From the NCBI GenBank assembly GCA_965223415.1, contig OZ245002.1, positions 3,200,001-3,264,000 on the forward strand: DNA of 64,000 nt, in the 5' to 3' direction. This stretch comes from Myxococcota bacterium. Its GTDB lineage: Bacteria > Myxococcota_A > UBA9160 > UBA6930. A program made the position numbers and the translations under genes. The notes under the pieces were generated by a model. The model made no database searches. It saw only the letters and a program-made list of their open reading frames with translations, and was not told the origin of the DNA. This document shows positions 28,932 through 37,184 of this stretch, piece after piece (positions within the stretch are counted from its first letter, which is position 1; the number at the start of each line of letters is the position of its first letter).

Positions 28932-30362
28932 TCAGAACGCCATGCGGACCGCGGCGAAGCCGCCGAAGCCCCAGTCGCCGCTACGGCGCCCCCAGGCCGG
29001 GCCGGCGCGGAAGGCCGAGACCGAGAGCTCCATCTCGAAGCGGTCGTGTTCTTCGATGGCGAGCACCAGGTCGATCGCGTGACCCACGTCCCGGCGCCGG
29101 CCGTCGAAGGCCGTTTCGATCCGGGCGTCGCGCAGCTCGTCTGCGGGCTCGAGCAGCCGGTAGTGGTGGTAGACGAGGTCCGCGGAGCTCGACTCGAAGA
29201 GCGAGACGCCAGCGCCCACGGTGAGCACCGCCAGGTTCGAGAGCTCCGGGTCGAGCAGCCTGCCGTAGGTGCCGAAGCGCTGCACGCCGCCGAAGCCGAT
29301 TTCGTTGCCGTGCAGGCCCGTCTGTCGGAAGCCGCGATCGCGTCCGCGCCCCGGCGAGGAGTCGCCGGAGCCCATCGCCACGCCGAGAGTGCCCCGGGGC
29401 TCCAGAGTGCCCGGCAGGAACCAGGTGAGTCCCGCGTCGAAACCCCAGCCCCGCACGTCCTGCGCTCGCACGTCCTCGATCACACTGCGTCCGAAGCCGA
29501 CCGGCTCGAAGGCGACCACGTCCTCCTCGCCCACCACGATCGCCGCGTCGAGCCAGTAGCCGAGGATGCCCTCCCCCGCCGCGAATCCGCCGATGGCGCG
29601 GGGGCCGACCCAGAGCAGGCGGGCGTCGGACTCGTCCTCGCGATCCTCGGACCGGACGCGGCCGAGGGAGCGGTCTCCGGAGCGGTCGCGCTCCAGCAGG
29701 AAGAAGAGCTCGAGGGAGTTGCTCTCGGCCCATTCCCAGGTCGCCTCTCCGAGAAGTCGCAGCCGTCCCGCGGCGTCCGGGTCGATGAAGTGCTGGTCCG
29801 AGCGGGTGCGGGCGATCGGGTAGGCGAGCGCCAGCTCCGCGTCGAACGGGCCCTCGTAGTCGACCCGGATCGCGAAGAGCTCCTCGTCCCACCACCAGGT
29901 GCGGTCGTCCTCGAAGTCCAGGTGGCCCAGCTCGACGCTCAAGCCACTCCCGAGGATGTTCTCCGAGTACACCCACATCTCGCCCAGCTCGACGAAGCCC
30001 GCGGAGACGCCGGAGCGCGTTTCGGCCAGCACGTCCCACTCGTAGCCGGCGCGGACCTGGGCGAAGAACGAGAGCGGCTCGCCCAGGGTGTAGAAGGCCT
30101 CGGCCTCGATCTCCGGCCCGAACAGCACCCGCTCGCCGCCGCCCGGTCCCTCGCCCCGGACGATGGGGTCGACGGCCTCGATCGCCAGCTCGGCCTCGCC
30201 GCTCACCGAGAGGGGATGGCCGAACAGCTCGGTGGTCCACGGCTCCTCGACCCGGTTCTCGTCCTCCCGCTCGGTCAGCCGCTCGCGGATGTCCTCAGCG
30301 AGCGACGGTGCCGGAAGAGCGAGCAGCAGCCCGGCGAGCAGCGGGAGCGCGTGGCGACGCAC
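28932..30362 (-). CDS. Alginate export (AlgE-like) family outer-membrane protein
   Basis: Signal peptide; GSGD, FRQTGL, YGRLLDPELSNL motifs and C-terminal Phe. Confidence 0.8.
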   Translation of the reverse strand: MRRHALPLLAGLLLALPAPSLAEDIRERLTEREDENRVEEPWTTELFGHPLSVSGEAELAIEAVDPIVRGEGPGGGERVLFGPEIEAEAFYTLGEPLSFFAQVRAGYEWDVLAETRSGVSAGFVELGEMWVYSENILGSGLSVELGHLDFEDDRTWWWDEELFAIRVDYEGPFDAELALAYPIARTRSDQHFIDPDAAGRLRLLGEATWEWAESNSLELFFLLERDRSGDRSLGRVRSEDREDESDARLLWVGPRAIGGFAAGEGILGYWLDAAIVVGEEDVVAFEPVGFGRSVIEDVRAQDVRGWGFDAGLTWFLPGTLEPRGTLGVAMGSGDSSPGRGRDRGFRQTGLHGNEIGFGGVQRFGTYGRLLDPELSNLAVLTVGAGVSLFESSSADLVYHHYRLLEPADELRDARIETAFDGRRRDVGHAIDLVLAIEEHDRFEMELSVSAFRAGPAWGRRSGDWGFGGFAAVRMAF

Positions 30363-30439
30363 TGGCGTGTCGATGGCTCCGCGGGGGGCGGTGTACGGCG
30401 ACCGGCGGAGGATACCGGACCGCACGACGGGTGCCCCGC

Positions 30440-30868
30440 TCAGGCGGGAGGGTCGGGAATGGGCGTGAACCGCTCCAGGACGTCCGCGGGGACGCGCCGC
30501 GGCCGCTGGCTCGCCGGGTCGACGAAGGCCCACTCCATGCAGCAGCGGACCAGCTCGTCACCGCCGGGCGTGGTGAAGCGCGCGCGCCGGATCGAGCGCG
30601 CCGCGCGCATCTGGACGACCCAGGTCTCTTCGACGATCTCGTCGCCCAGGGCCGCGGAGCGCAGGTAGTCGATCTCGTGGCGGCGCGCGACCCAGACACC
30701 GCCGACCTTTCGGTACGTCGCCATGTCGAGGCCGAGCACGGCGGAATGGGCCATGGCCAGCTCGACGGCGAAGGAGAGCCAGACGACGTTGTTCACGTGG
30801 TCCAGCTCGTCGATGTGCTCCGGTGCGATGATCCGGCGCCGGCGAAAGCGCCCCTCGTCCGACGTCAT
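30440..30868 (-). CDS. Acyl-CoA thioesterase (4HBT family)
   Basis: IDELDHVNNV, HEIDY and RPRRVP hot-dog fold motifs. Confidence 0.88.
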   Translation of the reverse strand: MTSDEGRFRRRRIIAPEHIDELDHVNNVVWLSFAVELAMAHSAVLGLDMATYRKVGGVWVARRHEIDYLRSAALGDEIVEETWVVQMRAARSIRRARFTTPGGDELVRCCMEWAFVDPASQRPRRVPADVLERFTPIPDPPA

Positions 30869-30926
30869 GGGCGGTGTGTAGCGCTGGTCCTGCTCCGCGC
30901 CACGCGCGGCGCGATAGAATCGGACC

Positions 30927-31814
30927 GTGGCGCGGATCCTCCTGCTCGCAGTGTTGCTGGCTCCCCTCCCCGTTCGTGCCGAGCGCCCCCTGGTCGTGCT
31001 CGTACCGGGCCAGCCGAGCCACGGCTACGGCACCCACGAGTTCCGCGCCGGAGCGGAGCTGCTGGCCCGGGCCCTGAACGGCGCCGGAAGCCCGGTCCGG
31101 GCCCGCCTGGGCCGCCTCGACGCGTTGGAGGGCGCCGCAGCGCTGGTCCTCTACATGGACGGCGGCGAGCGCCACCCGGTGCGGGGTCACCTGGAGGCGA
31201 TCGACGCGCGGGTGGCGAAGGGCCTCGGTGTCGTGGCCCTGCACTACGCGGTCGAGGTGCCGGCGGGGCCACCGGTAGAGGCCTTCGGCCGCTGGATCGG
31301 CGGCTACTACGAGTCCGGCTGGTCCACGAACCCGACCTGGCGCGCCGAGGTGGCCCTCGACCAGGGTCACCCGGCGAGCCGCGGCGTGCGGCCCTTCCGC
31401 GTCTTCGACGAGTGGTACTTCAACCTCCGCTTCCCCGCGCAGATCCGCCCGATCGTCACGGCCGTCCCCGACGACGAGGCACGGGAGAGCCCGACCTGGC
31501 CGCCCTTCCCGGCGGATCACATCCTCCTTGCCAGCGGCCGGCGCGAGACCCTGGCCTGGTCCGTCGAGCGGCCCGACGGGGGCCGCGGCCTCGGCTTCAC
31601 AGGCGGCCACTTCCACTGGAACTGGGGCCACGACGATTTCCGGCGGCTCGTGCTGAACGGCATCGTGTGGGCCGCCGGTGCCGAGGTGCCCGAGGGCGGA
31701 ATGCAATCGCCGACGCCGGGTTTCGCCGAGCTCTCGGAAGGACAGGACGAGCGGAAGCCCTGGCTCTTCTTCGACGCGGAGGAGACCATTCGGACCTTCG
31801 AGCTCCGGCCCTAG
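30927..31814 (+). CDS. ThuA domain-containing secreted protein
   Basis: Signal peptide; HEFRAG, DGGERHP, LHYAVEV, DEWYFN and RGLGFTGGHFHWNW motifs. Confidence 0.85.
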   Translation: MARILLLAVLLAPLPVRAERPLVVLVPGQPSHGYGTHEFRAGAELLARALNGAGSPVRARLGRLDALEGAAALVLYMDGGERHPVRGHLEAIDARVAKGLGVVALHYAVEVPAGPPVEAFGRWIGGYYESGWSTNPTWRAEVALDQGHPASRGVRPFRVFDEWYFNLRFPAQIRPIVTAVPDDEARESPTWPPFPADHILLASGRRETLAWSVERPDGGRGLGFTGGHFHWNWGHDDFRRLVLNGIVWAAGAEVPEGGMQSPTPGFAELSEGQDERKPWLFFDAEETIRTFELRP

Positions 31815-31825
31815 CCCCTGGGCCC

Positions 31826-33520
31826 CTACAAGGCCCCCTTCTCGAGCTCGGAGGCGGCGAAGGCCGCCGCCCGGGCCGTGAGCGCCATGTAGGTGAGCGA
31901 CGGGTTCTGGCACGCGGACGATGTCATGCACGCGCCGTCGGTCACGAACAGGTTGGGCACGTCGTGGGCCTGGTTGCGGGCATTCAGCACCGAGGTCTTC
32001 GGGTCCGCGCCCATCCGGGCCGTGCCCATCTCGTGGATCGCTTCGCCGCCGATGCCGAAGCCCTGGCCCGGCACGATGTTCTGGACGCCCGCGGCCTCGA
32101 GCATGGCTACGGCCTGGCGGGTGACGTCCCGGCGCATCGCGCGCTCGTTCTCGCCGAAGGCGAAGCTCACCTTCACGCGGGGGATGCCGTGCTCGTCGCG
32201 AGCCATCGGGTCGAGGGCGACGCGGTTGTCCGCATCGGGAAGGCACTCGCCGAAGCCGCCCAGGAACACCATCCACGGCAGCGGACCGGCGAGCGCGTCC
32301 TTGAAGGCGCCGCCGAAGCCGGGCTGGGCGATCGCCGAGCTCCAGCCGAGGGGCAGCGCCGCACCCTGGTAGCCGTAGCCCCGCACGTAGTCCGCGGCCG
32401 GTGTCTGCCCCGGGAGGTTCTGGAAGCGCGGGATGTAGAAGCCGTTCGGCCGGTTGCCGAAGGTGGTCTGGCCCGCGAACTGGGGAAGGGTGCCGAAGGC
32501 GCCGACGCCGATCGTGTGGTCCATCAGGTAGCGGCCGAGTACGCCGCTCGAGTTGGCGAGCCCGTTCGGGAAGGCCTCGCTCTCGGACGTGAGGAGGATG
32601 CGGGTCGTCGCGATCGTCGACGCACACAGGAAGACGAGTCGCCCGTCGATCTCGCGGTGCTCGCCCGTCGCTGCGTCGACCACCTCGACGCCGGTGGCCC
32701 GCCCCTTCCCGGGATCGTGGAGGACGCGACGGACCACCGCGTCGGTCAGCACCTCGAGACGTCCCGTCGCTCGAGCCGCCGGCAGCGTGCTGCTCTGGCT
32801 GCTGAAGTAGGAGCCGGTCGAGCAGCCCCGCCCGCAGGGTCCGCAGTAGTGACAGGCCTTCCGCCCCCGATGATCGGCGGTGAGGATGGCCGTCCGCCCG
32901 ATCGTCACCGTGCGCTCCGGGAACGTCTTCTCCACCGCCTGTTTCAAGTGGAGCTCGCCGCAGGTCATCTCCATCGGCGGAAGGAAACGGCTGTCCGGGA
33001 GCTGGGGGAGCCCCTCGCTCTGGCCAGAGACGCCGATGAAGTCCTCGACGTGGTCGTACCAGGCTTCGACGTCGCGGTAGCGGACCGGCCAGTCGACGCC
33101 GTGGCCGTCGGCGGCATTGGCGCCGAAGTCCAGGTCGCTCCACCGGTACACCTGCCGGCCCCAGGTGAGCGAGCGGCCACCGAGTTGGTAGCCGCGGATC
33201 CATGCCCATTCGCTGCCCTCCTCCTGGACGTAGGGATGCTCCGGGTCCTTCACGAAGAAGTGCTTCGTATCCTCTGCACAGCCGGGCGCGATGCCCTGGA
33301 TCGGGTAGTCGCGGGCCATCTCCTTCGGGTTTCCGCGGCCGCGGAAGGGGAGCTGCCAGGGAGGCAGGTGCTCGGTCACGTAGTCCTTGCCATGCTCCAC
33401 CATTCGGCCGCGTTCGATCAGGAGCACGCGCAGGCCGCGCTCCGTGAGCTCCTTGGCGGCCCACCCGCCGGTGATGCCGGAGCCGACGACGATCGCGTCC
33501 CAGGTGCGGTTGGTGTCCAC
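31826..33520 (-). CDS. GMC family oxidoreductase (glycoside 3-dehydrogenase flavoprotein-like)
   Basis: GSGITGGWAAKELTE, CHYCGPCGRGC Fe-S motif, HEMGTARMG and CQNPSLTYMALTAR. Confidence 0.92.
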   Translation of the reverse strand: MDTNRTWDAIVVGSGITGGWAAKELTERGLRVLLIERGRMVEHGKDYVTEHLPPWQLPFRGRGNPKEMARDYPIQGIAPGCAEDTKHFFVKDPEHPYVQEEGSEWAWIRGYQLGGRSLTWGRQVYRWSDLDFGANAADGHGVDWPVRYRDVEAWYDHVEDFIGVSGQSEGLPQLPDSRFLPPMEMTCGELHLKQAVEKTFPERTVTIGRTAILTADHRGRKACHYCGPCGRGCSTGSYFSSQSSTLPAARATGRLEVLTDAVVRRVLHDPGKGRATGVEVVDAATGEHREIDGRLVFLCASTIATTRILLTSESEAFPNGLANSSGVLGRYLMDHTIGVGAFGTLPQFAGQTTFGNRPNGFYIPRFQNLPGQTPAADYVRGYGYQGAALPLGWSSAIAQPGFGGAFKDALAGPLPWMVFLGGFGECLPDADNRVALDPMARDEHGIPRVKVSFAFGENERAMRRDVTRQAVAMLEAAGVQNIVPGQGFGIGGEAIHEMGTARMGADPKTSVLNARNQAHDVPNLFVTDGACMTSSACQNPSLTYMALTARAAAFAASELEKGAL

Positions 33521-33532
33521 GGGGGGCGCTCC

Positions 33533-34135
33533 TTATCGCTGCGAGAGTGGGCGCCGCGCGCCGGGCTCGGGGGTGACGCAGCCGTCGTAACGTCCCGGCC
33601 ACGGGGTGAAGGCGGCGGCTCCGGTCGCTCCCGTCTCCGAGGTGAAGTGGCCGACGACGCTGAGCTCCTTTAGCGTGGCGAAGAAGGGCTTCTCGCTCGA
33701 CAGGCCGCCGAAGAGATCCGGCACCGGCGGGGACGCGGCGAGCTCCGCCTGCTCGGCGGCGGCAAGGAGGCCGTCTCGGTCCTCGGGCGGCAGGGCCGCG
33801 AAGCCCCGCCCGTGCTGGGCGCTCGCTGCGGCATCGAGACCGGCGAGGCCCTGGCGGAAGCGCTGGCGGGCATCGCCGCCGAAGCCCTCCGCGAGGGCGA
33901 ACTCGACGAAGTCGGGCACGCCGGCTTCCAGGGCGCCCGGGGTGGCCGTGGTCGGGAGGATGCGGTCCACGGCGGCCTCGAGGATGGCGCGCTCGTCCGC
34001 GGCGAGCGTCGGGCGCTCGGTGCGCAGCGGCTCTTCCGGCGGGTGGCCGAGCACCGCGTTCGTGCAGGAAGTCGATACGGCACCGCCGAGGAGCACGGCG
34101 GCGCGCCATAGGAATTCGCGTCGGTCGAGGGACAA
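33533..34135 (-). CDS. Gluconate 2-dehydrogenase subunit 3-like Tat protein
   Basis: DRREFL Tat motif, ILPTTATPGA, FFATLKEL, GHFTSE and PGRYDGC; GAGGAG RBS before TTG. Confidence 0.88.
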   Translation of the reverse strand: MSLDRREFLWRAAVLLGGAVSTSCTNAVLGHPPEEPLRTERPTLAADERAILEAAVDRILPTTATPGALEAGVPDFVEFALAEGFGGDARQRFRQGLAGLDAAASAQHGRGFAALPPEDRDGLLAAAEQAELAASPPVPDLFGGLSSEKPFFATLKELSVVGHFTSETGATGAAAFTPWPGRYDGCVTPEPGARRPLSQR

Positions 34136-34213
34136 GGATCTCTCCTCTGCCAATGAGCCCCGCACGATACAACGTGCCCTATCCTAGGTGCGAACCGGGA
34201 GGGAGGCAGCGTC

Positions 34214-35419
34214 ATGGCGATGAGCCGCAGGCAGTTCGGAAAGCTGACCGCCGCGGGAGCATGCGCGGCGCTCCTGCCGGCAGGAGCGCGGAGCGAGGAA
34301 GCTCCCGCGCCCACCTACGCGATGCGCGCGTCGTCGCCGGTCAGTGTGGCTGGCGTGGCCCGCGGCGCCGCTCCGGAGGACACGGTCCGGGCCGTGCGGG
34401 CCGCGGCCCAGGCCGCGACGGACTTCGCCTGGCTCTCGCCGGGCGACACGGTGGTGATCAAGCCCGCCTGCAACTCCGGCAACGTCTACCCGGCGACGAC
34501 GGATCCGCTCGCCGTGCGCGCCATGATCGGTCTGCTGAAGGAGCGCGGCGCGGGCCGGGTGATCGTCGCCGACATGGCCGGCGTGCAGTTCGTCCGCTTC
34601 CACCCGGACAGCCTGAGCGGCAGTACCCGCGAGCTCATGCAGCGCAATGGCCTCGCCCGGGCGACCGAAGAGGCGGGAGGCGAGGTGCACGCCTTCGAGG
34701 AGGCGGGCTGGGACGGCTTCTTCGAGGACGCGCCGGCGGCCACCGGAGCCTGGAAGGCACCGGTCATGCTGCCCACCATCCTGAACGAGGTCGACCACGT
34801 GGTGCTGATGCCGCGGGTCGCCCGCCACCTGCTGGCCGGGAGCACCCTCGGCCTGAAGGCGGCGGTCGGCTGGTGGCGCCACGATTCGCGGCTCGAGTAC
34901 CACCGCGATGCCGGCACCTTCTCGGAGAAGACCGCCGACGCGAACGGCGTGCGCGCGGTGGCGGAGCGCCAGCGTCTGGTGCTCAGCTCGGCGACGAAGG
35001 TGATGACGACCTTCGGGCCCGATACGGGCGCCGTCGTGGAGCCCGAGACCGGAATCGTGTTCGCGAGCACGGACCTGGTCGCTCACGACATGGTCGCCCT
35101 CGCGTGGCTGATCGAGCATCGCGCCGCCATGGATCCGGCGCAGCGCGACGGCACCTTCGACGATCCCAACACCTCCGAGACGGTCGTCAACCTCGCCAAC
35201 CGCATGGTCGTGAACTGGCTCGGGGGAATCGGCGCGGCCTTCGGGGCCGAGCGACTGCGGCGCTATGACCTCGGGGCCATCGAGGACGACCGGGTGTTGG
35301 GTCGCGCCTTCGCGACGGGCGGCCGTCCGTCCCTCGAGCTGGTCGATCCCGACGGCTCGCTCCCGGACGCCGTGCGGGCCCAGCTCGCCGCTAGAACTCG
35401 GGGTCCTGCGACGTCGTGA
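34214..35419 (+). CDS. DUF362 domain Tat-exported protein
   Basis: SRRQFGK Tat motif; VVIKP, ATTDP, TLGLK and STDLVAHD motifs. Confidence 0.8.
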   Translation: MAMSRRQFGKLTAAGACAALLPAGARSEEAPAPTYAMRASSPVSVAGVARGAAPEDTVRAVRAAAQAATDFAWLSPGDTVVIKPACNSGNVYPATTDPLAVRAMIGLLKERGAGRVIVADMAGVQFVRFHPDSLSGSTRELMQRNGLARATEEAGGEVHAFEEAGWDGFFEDAPAATGAWKAPVMLPTILNEVDHVVLMPRVARHLLAGSTLGLKAAVGWWRHDSRLEYHRDAGTFSEKTADANGVRAVAERQRLVLSSATKVMTTFGPDTGAVVEPETGIVFASTDLVAHDMVALAWLIEHRAAMDPAQRDGTFDDPNTSETVVNLANRMVVNWLGGIGAAFGAERLRRYDLGAIEDDRVLGRAFATGGRPSLELVDPDGSLPDAVRAQLAARTRGPATS

Positions 35420-35801
35420 TGTTGAGCTGGCCCGCGAGGCCGGCCGTGCGGTGTACCTCGATCTCCTGGAACGGCGGCGACGACGCGATCTCGATCAGTG
35501 CCCGGGCGGAGGGGTACTCGACGATTCCCACCTCGTCCCAGGGCTCGTCGACCTCCCCGAGCAGGAGCCCCTTCACCTCTCCCCCGAAGAGGAAGCGCCC
35601 ACCGCCCGCCTCGACGAGCTTGCGCATCTCCCGGGCGTAGCGCATGTACGCATCTCGCCCCGAGAGCTGCGGATCCCGCCCATCCGGGTAGGCCGCCTTC
35701 TCCCGGAACTTGAGCAGGTTCACCATGCACACCGGCCCCTCCGTCTCGAGGAAGGGCGCGATGCTCTCGGGCCTGGGGCGGACTTCGTTCATGACCTTCA
35801 T
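35391..35801 (-). CDS. DUF1330 domain protein
   Basis: MVNLLKFR, SGRDAYMRY, WDEVGIVEYPS and HRTAGL motifs. Confidence 0.85.
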   Translation of the reverse strand: MKVMNEVRPRPESIAPFLETEGPVCMVNLLKFREKAAYPDGRDPQLSGRDAYMRYAREMRKLVEAGGGRFLFGGEVKGLLLGEVDEPWDEVGIVEYPSARALIEIASSPPFQEIEVHRTAGLAGQLNITTSQDPEF

Positions 35802-35821
35802 GACCCAGATCATGCCATAGG

Positions 35822-35851
35822 TGAGACAAGGGGACGTTCCTTTCTGTCTCA
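35822..35851 (+). repeat. REP-like palindromic element left of RAYT
   Basis: TGAGACA-AGGGGACGTTCCTTTC-TGTCTCA; 27/30 identical to the reverse complement of 36734-36763. Confidence 0.8.
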
Positions 35852-35896
35852 TGAGTTCGCTAGGATGACGGTTGCCCCGGTCCCGCGGAGTCCCCC

Positions 35897-36696
35897 ATGC
35901 CGCGAACCGCCCGCCGGGACTGGCCCGGGGCGTTCCACCACGTCTGGTCCCGGGGCATCGAACGGCGCTCGATCTTCGTCGACGACGTGGACCGCCGGTT
36001 CTTCGTTGACCAGCTCGAACGCCTCGTTCTCGAGTGCGGAATCCATTGCTATGCGTGGGTGCTGATGCCCAACCACCTGCATCTGGCGTTGCAGGTCGGG
36101 CTGGGCCGTCTCTCCGAGTTCATGGCACGTCTCGGGACCCTCTATGCCGTGTACTTCAACCGGCGCCACCACCGGGTGGGCACCTGTTCCAGAACCGCTT
36201 CAAGTCACGGGTCGTCCTCGATGAGGTCGATCTACGCGGACTCCTTGCCTACATCCATGCGAACCCGCTTCGCGCGGGGATGGTCGGCTCCGAGGAAGGG
36301 CTCGCCTCGTTCGCATGGAGCAGCTACGGCGCCTGGGTCGGCGCACGCGAGCCGCATGCCTTCGAGAGCAGGAGGCGGCTCGCGTCGGTTCTGGACGTCC
36401 GCCCGGGCGACCTCGCATCCGTCCTCCGGGAGGATCTCCTCCGTCCGATGGCGGAGGATCCGCTCTGCGACCGCGCACTCCGGCGCATGCCCTCCGGCGA
36501 CGCTGATGCCCGGGTGCGCGCGGTGCTCGTGGAGCTCGACCTCTCGCCGAGCACGCTCGCGGCGATCCTCGACGATCCTGCGACGCTGCGTCGCCTGTTC
36601 GCGGCCATCGAGGCGAAGGGCCTCCCCTCACGTGCCCTCGCACGGGTGCTCGGGGTGTCCCATGCGACACTCGCCCGGCGCCGTTCGGCCTTGTAG
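35897..36696 (+). pseudogene. REP-associated tyrosine transposase (RAYT/TnpA-REP, Y1 HUH) with C-terminal HTH; frameshift near 36180
   Basis: MPRTAR, HHVWSRG, MPNHLHL (HUH), then GHLFQNRFKS, YIHANP (catalytic Tyr) and WSSY in another frame; one G is missing from a G-run. Confidence 0.85.
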
Positions 36697-36733
36697 CACC
36701 GGTGCCATGCGACTAGGGTCTGTCCGCGGTGAG

Positions 36734-36763
36734 TGAGACAAAAAGGAGCGTCCCCTTGTCCCA
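36734..36763 (-). repeat. REP-like palindromic element right of RAYT (inverted)
   Basis: Reverse complement is TGGGACA-AGGGGACGCTCCTTTT-TGTCTCA. Confidence 0.8.
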
Positions 36764-37184
36764 GATCGAACGCACCGTCGAGCGTTGGCACGAGGTGATC
36801 TCCGGTGGCCCGGCGGGGTTGGACGACCTGCTGGCCGAGGATGTCGTGTTCTACTCGCCCGTCGTCTTCACGCCGCAGAAGGGCAAGGCGGTCACGAAGC
36901 TCTACCTCGGTGCGGCGGGCAACACGCTGGGCGGAGGCGAGCCCGTCAGCGGTACCGACGGGAGCTCCGGCAAGTTTCGTTACACGAAGGAGATCCTGGC
37001 CGGCAACCAGGCCATGCTCGAGTTCGAGACCGAGATGGACGGCAAGTACGTCAACGGAGTCGACATCATCACCTGCAACGACGAGGGCCGCATCGTCGAG
37101 TTCAAAGTGATGATCCGCCCGCTCCAGGCCATCCAGACCGTCCACGCCCAGATGGCGCGGATGCTCGAGAAGATGAAGAGCTAG
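36756..37184 (+). CDS. Nuclear transport factor 2/SnoaL-like protein
   Basis: LLAEDVVFYSPVV, FRY, NGVDII and FKVMIRPL motifs; AGGAG-N7-TTG start (alternative GTG at 36729). Confidence 0.88.
   Translation: MSQIERTVERWHEVISGGPAGLDDLLAEDVVFYSPVVFTPQKGKAVTKLYLGAAGNTLGGGEPVSGTDGSSGKFRYTKEILAGNQAMLEFETEMDGKYVNGVDIITCNDEGRIVEFKVMIRPLQAIQTVHAQMARMLEKMKS

Noticed and set aside
34162..34177. GCACG-N6-CGTGC palindrome between divergent Tat genes
   Set aside because: Only 5-bp arms and a single occurrence; could be chance.
35822..36763. IS200/IS605 element or classical TIR transposon
   Set aside because: No tnpB and no target duplication; the MPR..R, HH..SRG, GHLFQNRF and WSSY motifs and HTH tail fit RAYT-type enzymes better.
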